Shown here piece by piece: positions 33,918-46,054 of a stretch of DNA of 55,474 nt. This DNA is from Cyanophora paradoxa CCMP329. Its lineage: Eukaryota > Plantae > Glaucophyta. Within the stretch, counting starts at the first letter, position 1; every line of letters starts with the position of its first letter. The stretch lies in the NCBI GenBank assembly GCA_004431415.1, contig QPMI01000492.1:1-55474 (forward strand), written 5' to 3'. The translations under genes and the position numbers were made by a program. The notes under the pieces were generated by a model that did no database searches, was not told the DNA's origin, and saw only the letters and a list, made by a program, of their open reading frames with translations.

Positions 33918-36055
33918 ATGTTCCTCGCGCAGGTACCCCCCTTCTTTCGAGACTGCATCGAGCAGGAGAACGTCCCCGAGCCGCTGCGCGCGGAGGGATT
34001 GACCGCTCTCCACGCCCTCGTCGGGGGCTACTACTACGATTTCCATGTCGACGGTGCACGAAAGGCAGGCCTGGCCCCGGCCCACTACTACCTACACCAC
34101 CCCACCCCGCAGCCCCTGCCCCTTAATTAATTATATTATAAGCTTTCCCGCTGACTCTCGCGCATGCGCAGGTGATTCAGGAGTGGCAGCTTGCCTCCCT
34201 TGTCGACGCGCCGCTGCGCTCCGGAATTCGAACGGGCCGTACCCCCCTCCACCTTGCTGTAGAGACCCCGAACCCTCTCCTCGTGACCCTTCTGGAACTT
34301 GGCGCCGACCCGCTTCGCCAGGTTCGAATTCGCGATCGTCGCAGCCCGCGGTTGCCCGCCCGCTCGCTCGCGATCACGATCACGCAATCTTCTCACACGG
34401 CACGCGCGCGGGGGGCAGGACGCGGCCGGTTCCACCGCGCTGCACATCGCGTGCAAGCGCGCCAACATCGACGCCGTGCGATCTCTTCTGAAGTTCGGCG
34501 CTGTGCCGCTCTGCAAGGTGCGGCTCCAGCCTGGCAGCCCCGAGCTCGAGGCCATAGCTAGCTCGCTCTGGTCGCGCCCCGAAAGGACGCCGCGGGCGCC
34601 CGGAGAGATAGACGGTAGAGCTCGAGTACGTAGTTAAGACTAGGCTGCGCCCGGCACGCGTGCCTTGCTTGCACTGGGTGTCCTTTATCAACTCTACTTG
34701 ACTCTCAGAGTCTTAACTCTACCGCCACACCTTATTACATATACATACAAGCCACCTTACTATCTCTCCGCAGGTACAGGACGCGGCGGGCGCCACCGCG
34801 CTGCACATCGCCTGCGGGCGCGGGCACGTGGACGTGGCGCGGGCGCTGCTGGAGTGGGCGGCGGGCGCGGGCGCGGGGGCCGACGTCCTCTCCGCGAGGG
34901 ACGGCGGGGGCCGCACCCCGCTGCAGCGGCTCGTACACGGCGGCAGCGATGATGAGCCCAGCAGGCCTGCAGCGGACGTTAACGCGTCGCTCATCGCAAT
35001 CCATGCCGTCCGTGCGTTCTCTAGATCTAGATCGTAGATCTAGATCTTAGATCTAGATCCGACCCATCCGAGCTCGAGCTCGCCCGCCGCAGAGATCTTG
35101 GAGCTGGACGGCCCGCGCCTGGAGGCCCTGGGGCCCACCAATTATCCTATAAGGTAATGCATTATTAATTAGCACTTCTTCAAAGGCCCTTGTTTGAAAG
35201 CCTGCCCTTACCAATATTGCTACGTGGTTAGGTGCGTATTTACCAGCTAGAATTAATGATTCAATCTCAGTAACAACAAATCGTGCCTCCTCTTTATCAT
35301 TCCAACAAGATATTATTTTAATTTTTCCCCCGTCTATTCTATCAGTCCATAGGGTTTTCCATCCTGGAGGAGGCCGTCCGGGGCCGGGAGGGCGCCGAGC
35401 CGCTCCTCCACTTCGCGGCGCGGAGGGACATGCCCGGGGCGGTGCGGGCCCTCCCGGGAGCCGGCGCCGACCCGGCCCCCGCCTCGAGGTTCGAATCCGC
35501 ACCCTAGGCCTCCCTAAGCTTACGCCTGCTGAGAGTTGAACCCGCCCGGGCCCCGCCCCCTCCCGAGATATAAGTCTTACTATAAACCCCCGTTGCTAAT
35601 TATAAGCCTTGTTATAATCCGCCTCGAGGTTCGAATCCGATGATCCGCACCCTCCCTGATCATGATCCTCCCTGATCGTTGCCTACGCTTAAGCCTGCGC
35701 GCGTCCCCCGCACGTCGTTGCTAATTATAAGCCTTACTATATAAGCCCCCGTTGCTAAATACAAGCCTTGTTATAAGCAGGCCCCTGCCCGATCGTTGCC
35801 AAATTATTATATAGGCCCTTGTCGACGCCGACTTTAGCTTCAGGGCTTCCCCCGCAGGACAGGGGCGGCGCGATGGTTCTGCAGGCGGCCGCGCAGTCCC
35901 GGGTGCGGGCGGTGCAGCGGGCGATCCGCGCCTTCGCCGGCGAGCGGGGCGTGCCCCTCGACGCGATCGGGGACACGAGCTACCGGCTCGCGGCCGACGT
36001 CGACGCCGGGAGCTCCCGCCCAGAGAAGCGGGCCCGCACCAGTCGCCGATCCTGA
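33918..36055 (+). pseudogene. Ankyrin-repeat gene, probably disrupted
   Basis: GRTPLHLAV, GSTALHIAC, GATALHIACGRGHVDVARALL and PLLHFAA. One exon is frameshifted by a 221-bp insert. Confidence 0.7.
35141..35361 (-). other. uvrD: AT-rich bacterial uvrD/pcrA helicase fragment (Rickettsiales-like) inserted in a host exon
   Basis: [54 protein letters not shown] matches the UvrD C-terminal domain. Abrupt drop in GC content. Confidence 0.85.
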
Positions 36056-36240
36056 TCATGACAGCTAGCTGTATGTGTGCTCAAGAGCATTTGGGCTTTA
36101 CCGCTTTTTTGGAGCTCCCGATCGCTCGAACTCGTGATCGATCGCGAGTCAGATCTAAAAGCCGATTGCCAAGTTTCGAGCCTCGGAGTCGACCTTTTTT
36201 TGAGGGACCCTCGAATCTCATTAATATTTTGGCCCAGACA

Positions 36241-36845
36241 TCTCTCTCACCAATCCTTCGCTCGCTTCCCTCATTTCGAATTCGGCGCAGGCGTATACGT
36301 ACTTCGATGCGATCGTGACCCACGTGCGGCGACCTGTACCCTGCTCCTCGCCCCCCTTCCCCCCCCTGCTCCTCACGGGGGTACAGGTGTTCCTGGACGG
36401 GGACCACGGCATCGTCCTGGGCGGCGAGGCCCGTACCCGTCCCCGCGCCTGTGATCCCCGCTCGGGACTGATGTACCCCTCGGGCCGGCAGGTCTGGGCG
36501 TTCCTCTCGGACCAGTTCCTCCAGCACAGCCACGGTCTCCGGGCTCTCCCGCTCCATTCAGGTACCCCCCAAGCTCCGCTTGATCGGTACCCCTCCCGCC
36601 CCGAACGCGTACCCCTCCAGGCGGCGGCGATGCAGCACTACTACGGGAACCCCGTCGCGGGGCTGTGCCCTCCCAAGGCGCCCGCTAACCTGGCCGCCGT
36701 CCATCGCCTCCTGGGGGCTACCGCGGCCAGCCCCTCCGCCTCCGAGGAGGCCGTACCCCCCTCGTTCCTCCCCCGCATCCGGGCCCTCCCCTCCCTCCGG
36801 CGCCTCGCCGGGCCCCAGGCGCACCTCTACTCCGTTCCGGGTCTC
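36241..36845 (+). pseudogene. Inverted partial duplicate of ORC3 (source 29514-30104), introns retained
   Basis: Near-identical reverse complement of the source, with small indels (CACTCCGTCTCC to CACGGTCTCC; an extra 6 nt in GCGTATACGTACTTC). Confidence 0.9.
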
Positions 36846-36870
36846 TTGCGGTATGAGTTAATACAAGCGA

Positions 36871-37660
36871 GTCCCTGCGGAGCAGGAGTGGCCTTGGGTC
36901 TTGGGGCTTCAAGGCGTGAGGGTGGCAGCTCTTTGTTTTTTAACGGGGGCCCGCAACCGCGCGCGGTTACGGGGGAGGGGGGAGGAGAAATAGGGGGTCC
37001 ACTCGGCAAGGGTACACACTCAAGTGAGAGGGTACAGAATTGTGCTGCATGGGTACAGAGATATCGATGCGGGGCCCAATCGGCCGCAGTTGTACCGAGC
37101 ACAGGCCCCGAGGGGCCCATTGGTCGTTTCAGCTGAATGAAAACGACTTTAATTTCGGCGCTTTTTGGAGGTGGTTAATAATAAGCTATGAATCATTTGA
37201 ATGTAATTCGTAGTAATAAGGCTCTGTCTAAATTGTCTATTTTAATTATCTTTCAATCAACGCATCAAATCCTTTTAAATCCCACATCGTGGCACACTAC
37301 GACCCTGTCTCATACAAATTTGCTGGCCGGCAACGTGCCACGGTGGCGCTCCGTTAATTTGGAGACTATTTCCTAGCGAATGGGGTGCGGCCTTTTCAAA
37401 TTAAGAATTCTTAAAATTCGACTTGGAGGACCAATGTGATTTGCGCTTTCAGTTTTTTTCCGGGAAAATGCTTTTCGATGCTTTTCGAGGTGCTGTTACT
37501 GCCCATTAGAGGCCTCTCATAGGAAAACCGCCTCGGCCATCGTGCTCTCCAGGGTCGAAAACGGGTACCTAGGTCCAAAAATTTTGCCCTGAATCGCAGT
37601 TTGAATCCACGGACAGGACAGGCACAGACCTAAGGGCCTCTCCTTTCCCCAAGGCCGACT
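36871..37660. mobile_element. Possible degenerate non-autonomous TIR element
   Basis: AGGAGTGGCCTTGGGTCT near 36885 versus the reverse complement AGGAGAGGCCCTTAGGTCT near 37626-37644. AT-richer non-coding interior. Confidence 0.3.
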
Positions 37661-38299
37661 AAGTTGCGGCATGCGCAGCTGCGCGCGGGCGGCCCGCGGC
37701 CGCGGGCCTGCGCATGCAGCTGCCGCAGTGCCGACGGTGCACTGCAGCTGCGCATGCTGCGCGCGAACTGGCGCGCGCGCCGCCGGGCCGGCATGCGCAC
37801 CCATGCGCATGCATGCGCGCGCGCGTGCATGCGCGCGCATGCATATGCAACTTAGTATGCAGCTGCGCACGCCTGCATGCCGCAGCCTTGCAATTGCATG
37901 TGGTCCATGATCGCTATCATGCATGTGAGCGCTATAGCTAGCGCTAGCTATATATAGCCATCGCCGAGTCGCTGCGCATGCGCAGCGATAGCTGGTAGCA
38001 GCTGCGCAGCCTGCCTGTATGCATGCTGGTGGATCGATCGCGCGATACAGCTGCAGTCAGCATTCAACTTGGCAATTTGATCGCGCCAGATTCGGTGAAG
38101 TTTTCTTGTCTCCCCGTACCCGTACCCGTCTCGCGCCCGCTTCGCATCCCGCGGCAGCCGCTAAGCTTCCATCGCCCAAGAACGCCACGTATACGTACAT
38201 CGCAAGACGCAGCACGTAAGTAGCACACCGTCAGCCGATCCGCTGAGCTCCAGCGCCGCCGCAAGCTAGCCTCAAAGATAAGTGCACCGTCTCGGATCG

Positions 38300-40163
38300 G
38301 GTTGGGTCTGCAACTGCGTCAGGCTGCGGCAGCGCTCGGCCTGCGTCCAACAAGTGGCTGTACTGCACGCCGACACCGGCGACTGCACGCCAAGCAGACC
38401 GCCCGTGGAGGTTTCGAACACTGGCCGGACGACGCTCGGCTGGCAGCCCTGACACAGCAGCCGCCCAGCTTTGAACAACACAGGCAAGACGAGGGGAATG
38501 CACGTACGGCGCCAGGGCTGAGGGCAGAGGCGAAACTTGAGCAACTCTTACGTCGATACGGGCAAGCGCCGTGCAGGCAGTCGCTCAGTGCAATTTGCGC
38601 GTCCCCAATGTTTTCGTCGATGTAAGCTTCTCCCTGGATCCGTCTAGAGCCGCCGAAGCGCAGGCTGACGGAGCGTCGCAGATTCGATCTGCAGGACGCG
38701 CCCCGGCCTGGGACCCAGAGCCGGCCAGCGCCATCCAAGGACGCCTTTGACTTCGGAGCCGCGAAGACGCCAGAGCCGGAGGCCTCTGAGCCCCGCGAGC
38801 CGTGCGCGTACGGCTGCGGGCGGTCCCTGCCGTCCCGCCTCCTTCCCTGCCACGTCTCCACCGAGTGCCCGCTGGCTCCGGTCCCGTGCTGTCGCGCGCA
38901 CCGCGGCTGCGGCTACGTGGTTCGTGTCCTAGATTTGATCCGCCTGCCAGCTCTCTCCCGTTCCGACCGCGCCGCGCCGCAGTGCGAGCGGGAGGTGCTA
39001 CCGGACCACATCCGCGCCTGCCCGTACCGGGTGCGCGTGACGCGCTTTCAGATAGCGCCGCTTCGAATTTGATCCGATCCGATCCGCGCGTTCGGCTCGG
39101 CGCGCAGAAGCGGAGAAGCCCAGCGGCCGGGGGGTCCCCAGCCTCCGCCGGCTCCGCCTCCCCGGGATCCGATTACAGCCCGCGGCCGCCCCAGCGCGGC
39201 GACTACTTTGGCTTCGCATCGTTTTCCCTACCCCCTCCCGCGCTGCCGCTCGAGGGTCGCGTGCCCACGTACTCCTCCGCGCCGGTGCGGGCGTACCCCC
39301 CTTCGCAGCCTACGCCGTTTCCCCCTGACATGTCGACCTTCAGGGCTTCCTGTCGCTTCGCATCACCGATCCAGTCGGCACTCTCGAGTTTCGAATGAAG
39401 GTGTGCAGCGTCGTACCCCCCTCCGAGCCTCGTACCCCCCTCCGAGCCTCGTACCCCGTCCTGACTCCGCTCCTCCTTCCGCAGCGGAACGCAGAATTCC
39501 ATAAGGTACACGTACCCCTTGTCGGGCTCCCCACCCACCCCTCGGCTGAACGCTGTACCCCGCAGATGATGGTGAAGTACGGCCGCCAGAGGGGCCTCTC
39601 CCCCTCCGATATGATGTTCAGGTACCCCTGCTTGCCCCCCCCTCCCTCCCCCCGCCCCGCTTCCCCCCGACTGCCTCGCGACCGGGTACCCCGCGCAGTA
39701 CCGCGCTCCGGGGTACGGGCACGCCGCTGCGGGAGTTCCACACGCCCGCGTCCCTCGGACTCTGCGACGGTGACGAGGTCCGATGTACCTCACCCCCCAT
39801 TCTCTCAGATAATTGCTCAGAACCTCGCTCAGATAATTGCGGTACCCATGGCGCTTGCAATGGCGGGGGAGGATGCGCTGCGCTCCCGTTCTCTCCTCGT
39901 GCGTGTACCCCCCCCCTCGTCACAGGTTTACGCTCCCGCTTCTTATCTTCTCCAGGCGCTCTCGGCCTCGCAGCGCGAGTGGGTCGATCGCACCCCCCCT
40001 CCCAGCGGGGGGTACCCGGGGCCTTCTGCGCCCTCTCCTGTACCCCGGCCCTCCGATCCCGTCCGGTTCGCGGCATAGCCGCCACTGCGGACAGGCCCGC
40101 TCATCTGAGCCCACCCTCCAGAGTCTGAGCGCTCGTCCCCCTCCAGAGTCCGAGGAGGGGTAA
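38300..40163 (+). CDS. Putative zinc-finger (TRAF-type-like) plus SUMO-like-domain protein; 5' end uncertain
   Basis: CEREVLPDHIRACPYR, and MMVKYGRQRGLSPSDMMF..GTPLREFHTPASLGLCDGDE.I resembling Rad60-SLD/SUMO. Confidence 0.45.
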
Positions 40164-40786
40164 CGGTACCGGTCCGAATCTTTCGGGCTTCAGCCCCGTC
40201 GCCGCCCGGCCCGCGGCCGTGAAGGGGGAATTCAATGACTCTGCGCATGCCACTGGCCATGGCCATATATATGCGTGGGCCGTTGGGCCAGGTTGAGTGA
40301 ATTCGAATTCTGCCAGGCTGAATTTGCAATTGGCTCAAGCCGCTGAGCTGGCCCAGTGGACCCGGTGAGGGAGGCTTTTGTTTAAGGCTTTATCGATATC
40401 GGCGCACCTTATCGAGGCCTATCGGCCTATCGGCCGGCGCCGGCGCTGAGCTCGCTGCGGCTTATCCTTTATAATTAATTATAATTAGTCTGGCAGCGAC
40501 TGGCGGCCAGTGCACATGCTCATGCACATGAACACGCAGCGAATTCGAAGAATGTTAATTGCGCTGGCTCCGGCGGGAGCGGAGGCGCCGCCGGCGCCGG
40601 CGGGATCGGCCCCGGCCGAAGCGGCCCCTTCGGAGGCGGCGCTCAGACTGCGCGCCGCGGGGCTTGCCAAGTTGATCATGACGATTCAAAGTTTGCATTG
40701 TGTGCACTAGATATAGCAGGTCGACTGCATTTTGCACACTGATCACTATATATCGTACTCGAATTTCGATCTGGCTAGTTCGTTGA

Positions 40787-42818
40787 TCATGTTCGGTGAT
40801 CAACGGTTCGTTCTAACGTCAACCCATCTGAAAGCGATTTAGAAAGCTCCATCTGTACTGCTACACACGAACGCCGGAAAGCCAGCAAGACATGTACAAC
40901 TACCGGCGCAAATAAGATGAACGCCGGGAAGCGTGACCTCGGAAAGAAGTGCGCGCGTCTCCGGCAGGGAGCGAGGCCTCCGCTCGCGGCGACGCTGCCC
41001 GGAGACCCGAGGTCGTGTGGGCCCCGGCAAAAGTTACGCTGGGTGCCGCTGTCCACGCCGGGCGGGGGAGGGACCGGGGCCGGCCACCAGTGAAGCAGTC
41101 GACGAATTTCTTGAGGTAGGTCGACGTCGGCCAAGGACGGGGTTCGCACTCCTCGCTCACGAACACGGGGTCCGGCAGGAGGGTAGCGGCGGCGGGGACG
41201 GCAGCGGCGAAGATCGCCTCGCACTCCTCCGGCCGTGCACGCGGCAGGCTCCGCACATGATCGTCGTACGCACGCTTGAGGCGCGCCCGCACCTGCCGCG
41301 CCCCAGTTGGCGGTTGCGGACGGGGGGAACGGGGGGCGGGGGCAGAAGGGGCAGGACCTCCTCGAGGCGGGCGCGGCCAGAGCTGAAGTTGCGGCTTCGA
41401 GTGACCTGCCAGCGCGGGGCTCGGTTCCAGGCGGCCGCGGTGGCAGGAGGGGCCGGGCGGGCGGGCAAGCGGGCGGGCGGGGGCGGCGCACCCTATAGAC
41501 GACATTCGTATCGTTCGTGGCGACGCGTTCGCGGACGGGGGGGCCCCAGGGGATCTCCGAAGCGTCCAGAAGCGCCTTCTCCCGCGCTGAGGCCGCCCTG
41601 AGCTCGTCTTCGCAGTGCTTCGCCCGCTCCCACGCCGCATCCACCGCCGCCGCTGCCGCCGCCTGCCGCTCTCGCGCCTGCGCCAGCTGCACCTGCGGCG
41701 GAAGCACCGGCGGCGGCGGCAGCTGCATCGGCGGCCCGCGCTGCGGGCGCTCCGGCTCCTCCTCGTCCGCCTCCGCCCGGCGCACCTCCGCGAGCCCTGC
41801 AACGCGGTTAGCGCCGCGGCGGGCAGGCGGGACGGGGTGGCGCACAGGGGCAGCGGGGCGAGGACGGGAAGCGCTCGAGGAGGGGGAGGAGAGGCGCGAG
41901 GCGGCTGCCGAGGCCAACGTGCTGAAGCAGCCGCACCGCGAACGACTGCGGCGTGCCGTCCGCCCCGCGCAGCATCCGCGGCGCCACCCGGAACGCGTTC
42001 GCGAAGGTCCGCACCTGTTTGCATGCGCTGCGTCGGCACCCGCCCAGGGAAAGAAGAGGAGCAGGCAGGGGCGAACCGCCTCGGGCGTGGCGGTGGAGGA
42101 GCCGACGTGGTGCCAATCAGCCGTCAGCTCAGCAGCCCCAGCTGGGCGCTCCTCGACGGTCGCCGCGCGGGTGGACACATACACCGTGCCCTGCAGTTGA
42201 AATTGTTCCCGTGAGGCGTGGCGCTGGTCCGGGGTGCGGGACGGGTAGGCGGAAACGGGCGGACCGCGATGCGGACGGCGAAGACGGGCGGACGGTCCAA
42301 TGCGCCGGGCCAGGCGGCCACGTACACCTGCGCCGCCCGCCCGCCCGCGACGGCCTCCGCGTGTGGCGCGTCGTCGCCTGGGCCCGCGGCCGGCGCCGCC
42401 GGCAGGCGGCTCCGCAACGGCGACGGCCGCCGCGCTGGCGCGGCGCTTGCGCGAGCGCCACCGGCGCCGGACGCATGTTCCGGGACGGGCCGCTTCGGTG
42501 GGGTCGGGTCCCGCGGATGTGAGCACGCAAGCGGCGAGTCCAGCTCCCTGCGGGCCGGAGACTCGGAGTGCTCGGTACACACGTGCGCGACAGCACGCAG
42601 CGCGCTGGCGGGAATCCGAGCGGGCGATGGAGGCCGCGCCGTGACACGAGCAGGCGAGGGCGGACGCCTAGTCCGCGTGGTTCGTCCATCTGCGACATTC
42701 GCTTCAGTCTCGAAGTTTCGCTGCCAAGAGGCGAAAACACACAACCTTCTTTGTCTTCTCGGAGCAGGGCTTCGGGCGCGAAAGAGACGCGGCGCGCGGG
42801 GGCGGCGCCGGCGGTCAT
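40787..42818 (-). CDS. Hypothetical multi-exon protein (C2-like N-terminal region, coiled coil)
   Basis: Start MTAGAAPARRVSFAP; exon fragments VYVST..WHHVGSS and AWERAKHCEDELRAA; host-type short introns. Confidence 0.45.
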
Positions 42819-42943
42819 GGCGAAGACCAGAATGTAATGGACGCGTACCCCCAGAAGTGGACCGTACGCGTGTCGACGTCCGACCGCCGCCCGACCGCGG
42901 CTCCGACAGCCACTCCACTCGCACCGCTTTTCAGTCGCGCAGA

Positions 42944-45601
42944 ATGCTTCCCTTCCGCCCCGTCGTAACAAGCGCGGACTCGCTGTCGTCTAGCTTGTCC
43001 ATTCCGACGATACCGCGGACGGTCGCGCGGTCATCGCTACAGCGGCACTTCAGCTTGCCGGCGGAGGCCATCCCCGTATGAGCTCGCTTCGCCTCAGTGC
43101 ATTCTCGCACGCAGGCAGCTAACTGCCGCCGCCTCAGGAAGATTCTGCGGTGATCCTGAAGCGAGGCTTACGCCCGGATGAAATGGTACGCCTCGGCACG
43201 GACGAGGGCGACCCGTACACGCTCGACCTGTGCTTCGTCTTCGACGGGACTGGCTCTATGGCCAGCTACATCGCCGCCGCGAAGAAGTCTATCTTCGAAA
43301 TCGTCTCCGTGTACCGCAAGAGCTTTCCGTGCGTGCCGCTGCGTTGCCCCGCGCGCGTCGCACATGCATCTGCACTTGCGCGCGCGCGTCTGCCTCGCGC
43401 CGGCCCGTGCCTGCATCTGCGCATGCCTCGCGTGGCCGCGCATTCCCTGCGCTTTCCCCGCTTCCAGCGAGCAAGACGTTCGCAGGAAGTACATGCTTCG
43501 GCTGGGCTATGTTGCCTACCGCGACTTCGGCGACAAGAAGTGCGGGCACCCCTTCTCTCCGCGTTCGCGCGAGCGGGGTCCCGGCGCTGACCGCGACTGG
43601 GCGGGCCAGGCCCGTGGAGACCTTTGACTTCACGGAGAGCGAGGAGGCGTTCGTGCAGAGCCTCGGCGCGGTGGCGGCTACCGGCGGCGCCGACGAGACT
43701 GAGGATGGTGCGCCCGGCCCGCCCCGCGCTCCTCGACGCCTTCGGCCAACGCGCGCGCGCGGCAGTGCTGGGCGGGCTGGAGGCTGCGCTAAAGCTCAAC
43801 TGGAGCGGGAGGAGGCGCGTGCTCGTGCACATCGCGGACGCCCCCTCGCACGGCACCTTCTACCACGACGGGGCGGGCGACAGCCACCCGGACTTCGACA
43901 AGGACGGCGCCAAGGGCCAGGTCCGGCCCGGGCCCTCCCCCGGCCCGTGCGCCCCGGCGCCCTCACCTCCGCGCAGTCGGTCATGCGGCGGCTCGCCGCC
44001 AAGTCTGTCGACTTCCACTTCTGCAAGGCGAGCGAAGCGCGCCCCGCCGAGCGGCGCGGCTAAGCGGGCGGCAGATCAACGAGTCGACGGACAAGATGGT
44101 GCGCAAGCTCGCCGAGGCGTACGACCCCGCCGCCCGCAAGGTCAGGGCCGCCACCACCACGGCCTGCGCCGCTGCCGGCCTCACGGTCTGCGGATCCGGA
44201 GCAGCCGCTGGCGTCACTCGAGCTGCGGTCGGCGGTGAACGAGTTGGGGGCCTTGATCCTCGACACCATCTGCTCCACCGTCACCGCGTCGAGCCTCTCT
44301 CTACGCACCGGCAAGGTGCACGGCGCCCGCCCGCGCCGCCCGCCCGTGCACGTGCCGCCCCTCACGGCCCGCAGGGATCGGCGCTGGAGTTCGACATGAC
44401 CGAGTACACTATCAACAAGACGCCTGTTCCGTGGGACGTTGCGGATCACCCGCGCTGGGGCCCCTGGCAGACGGTGCGCCGCTGCCTCGGACCGCGACCG
44501 AGCGGCGAGCGGGCGGCAGGTCTACCTGTACGATTTCCCGGAGCTGCGGTCGAGAAGGGAGCCGCTGGGCTACTTCGAGATCGAAGGAGAAGCGCTGGTG
44601 CATCTCAACGTGCGGGAAGGTGTGCGGCTCCGGCTCTCTCAGGAGCCGTGCGCCAAGGGCAGCACGCGGCGCGTCTACTTCGCCATGACCTCCAAGGGGG
44701 AGCGGCTCGTCGCCAAGGTGCTGCCTCCCGGCCCGGCCCGGCCCGGCCCGCCTCGCCCCGGCGCGACCCCGCTGCAGCTCTGGAACGTGCGGGCCTCGGC
44801 GGAGCTCACCCACGACCTGAACGTCGGAGCCGCCCGCTGCCTCGCCGTGGCCAGGTGCCGCCCTATTCCTCCGTTGAAGCGCGCAGGGATGCGCGCTTAG
44901 CGCCAGAGGCGGGGGGCAGGTTCTTCGCCAAGCGGTTCAACCCGGCGCTGAAGGACCTCGGCCGGAGCGAGCGAGTCGAGTGCGGCCCGCCCTGCGGCCG
45001 CGTGCTGCCGGGCACTGCAGCTGAGGGGGCCCGGGGGCGGCAGATTCGTGGATACGCTCGTGTGCAATGCGACGGTGGGCGCGGCCGCGGGGTCCGCGCG
45101 GACCTGGATGACGCTGGAGCCCTACATGGAGGGGCCGTTCAAGAAGTACAACAGCAACGACGGCTTCGTGCTGCACGGCAGCAGCGCCGAGTCGAGCGTG
45201 CTGCAGGCCTTCTCCCACTACACCGCCTACCACTCCCGCGGCCGCCTCCTCGTCGTCGACCTGCAGGGCACCGGCCTCGCCCGCCTGACCGACCCCGCCG
45301 TCCAGTACAACGCCGGTGCCGACGCCCCCACCGGCCGCTTCCCCTTGACGCGCACGACCGCATTCAACCACTTCCGCATTGGTGGTCTGCCCGCGGCCGC
45401 CGCCCGCCCCCCTTTCGGCCGCCCCGCACCGATCGCAACCGCCGCGCAGGCCTAGGGCCAGGGCAGGGTCAAGAGACTGTGCCGTACTTCTCGGCGACGG
45501 ACCTTGGCGCCACGGGCTTTGCCAAGTTCTTCGAGACGCACAAGTGTGGCCCCTTGTGCCGCGCCCTCGGCATCTCCCGCCTTTCCCCACTGAGCCGCTA
45601 A
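42944..45601 (+). CDS. vWA-domain alpha-protein kinase (vwkA-like)
   Basis: vWA: LDLCFVFDGTGSM, GYVAYRD, GGADETED, HIADAPSHG. Alpha-kinase: LEPYMEGPFKKYNSNDG, QAFSHYT, LLVVDLQG, LTDP, FFETHKCGPLC. Confidence 0.92.
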
Positions 45602-46054
45602 TTATTGTACTCGAGATATCGATACTCCTCGTGCTCGGACCTGAAGCTGCATAATTGTTTGGCAATCAGTACGTATACTCAGATGCCTATCAGGGACAGC
45701 TCACGGGCCAGTAGGGGCAGCATCACGGGGGCAGCCGAGGATAGAAACGATCGCGAAGGCATGTCTACGTAGCTATATAGCTAGCGCTAGCGGAGGAAAA
45801 ACTCGGATAGGAAGCCCTTCTTAGCTTCAGCTATTTCGCGCTCGCGATCGCGCGATCGCGATATCGAACAGATCTAGATATCGATCGCGATATCGATATC
45901 TCTATATCGAAATATCGATATCGATGTCCAATGACCCCGAAGACCTAGAGACCACTGGCGCCGGCCATTCATTACAAACCACTCATTCAGACAGCTCACA
46001 CGAGTCGTGACACGACAAATGCAACTGAGCTGCCAGGCTACAAAAGCGCATGCA

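Noticed and set aside
34632-34718. Mini-MITE (AGTTAAGACT...AGTCTTAACT)
   Set aside because: Only a 10-bp inverted repeat with no clear TSD; could be chance.
35488-35638. tRNA or SINE from GGTTCGAATCC B-box matches
   Set aside because: No T-stem pairing, A-box or cloverleaf around either copy.
37660-38000. Functional structure in GCATGC/GCGC-rich and GATATC-rich (45780-45930) palindromic tracts
   Set aside because: Low-complexity palindromic filler recurs throughout the host intergenic DNA.
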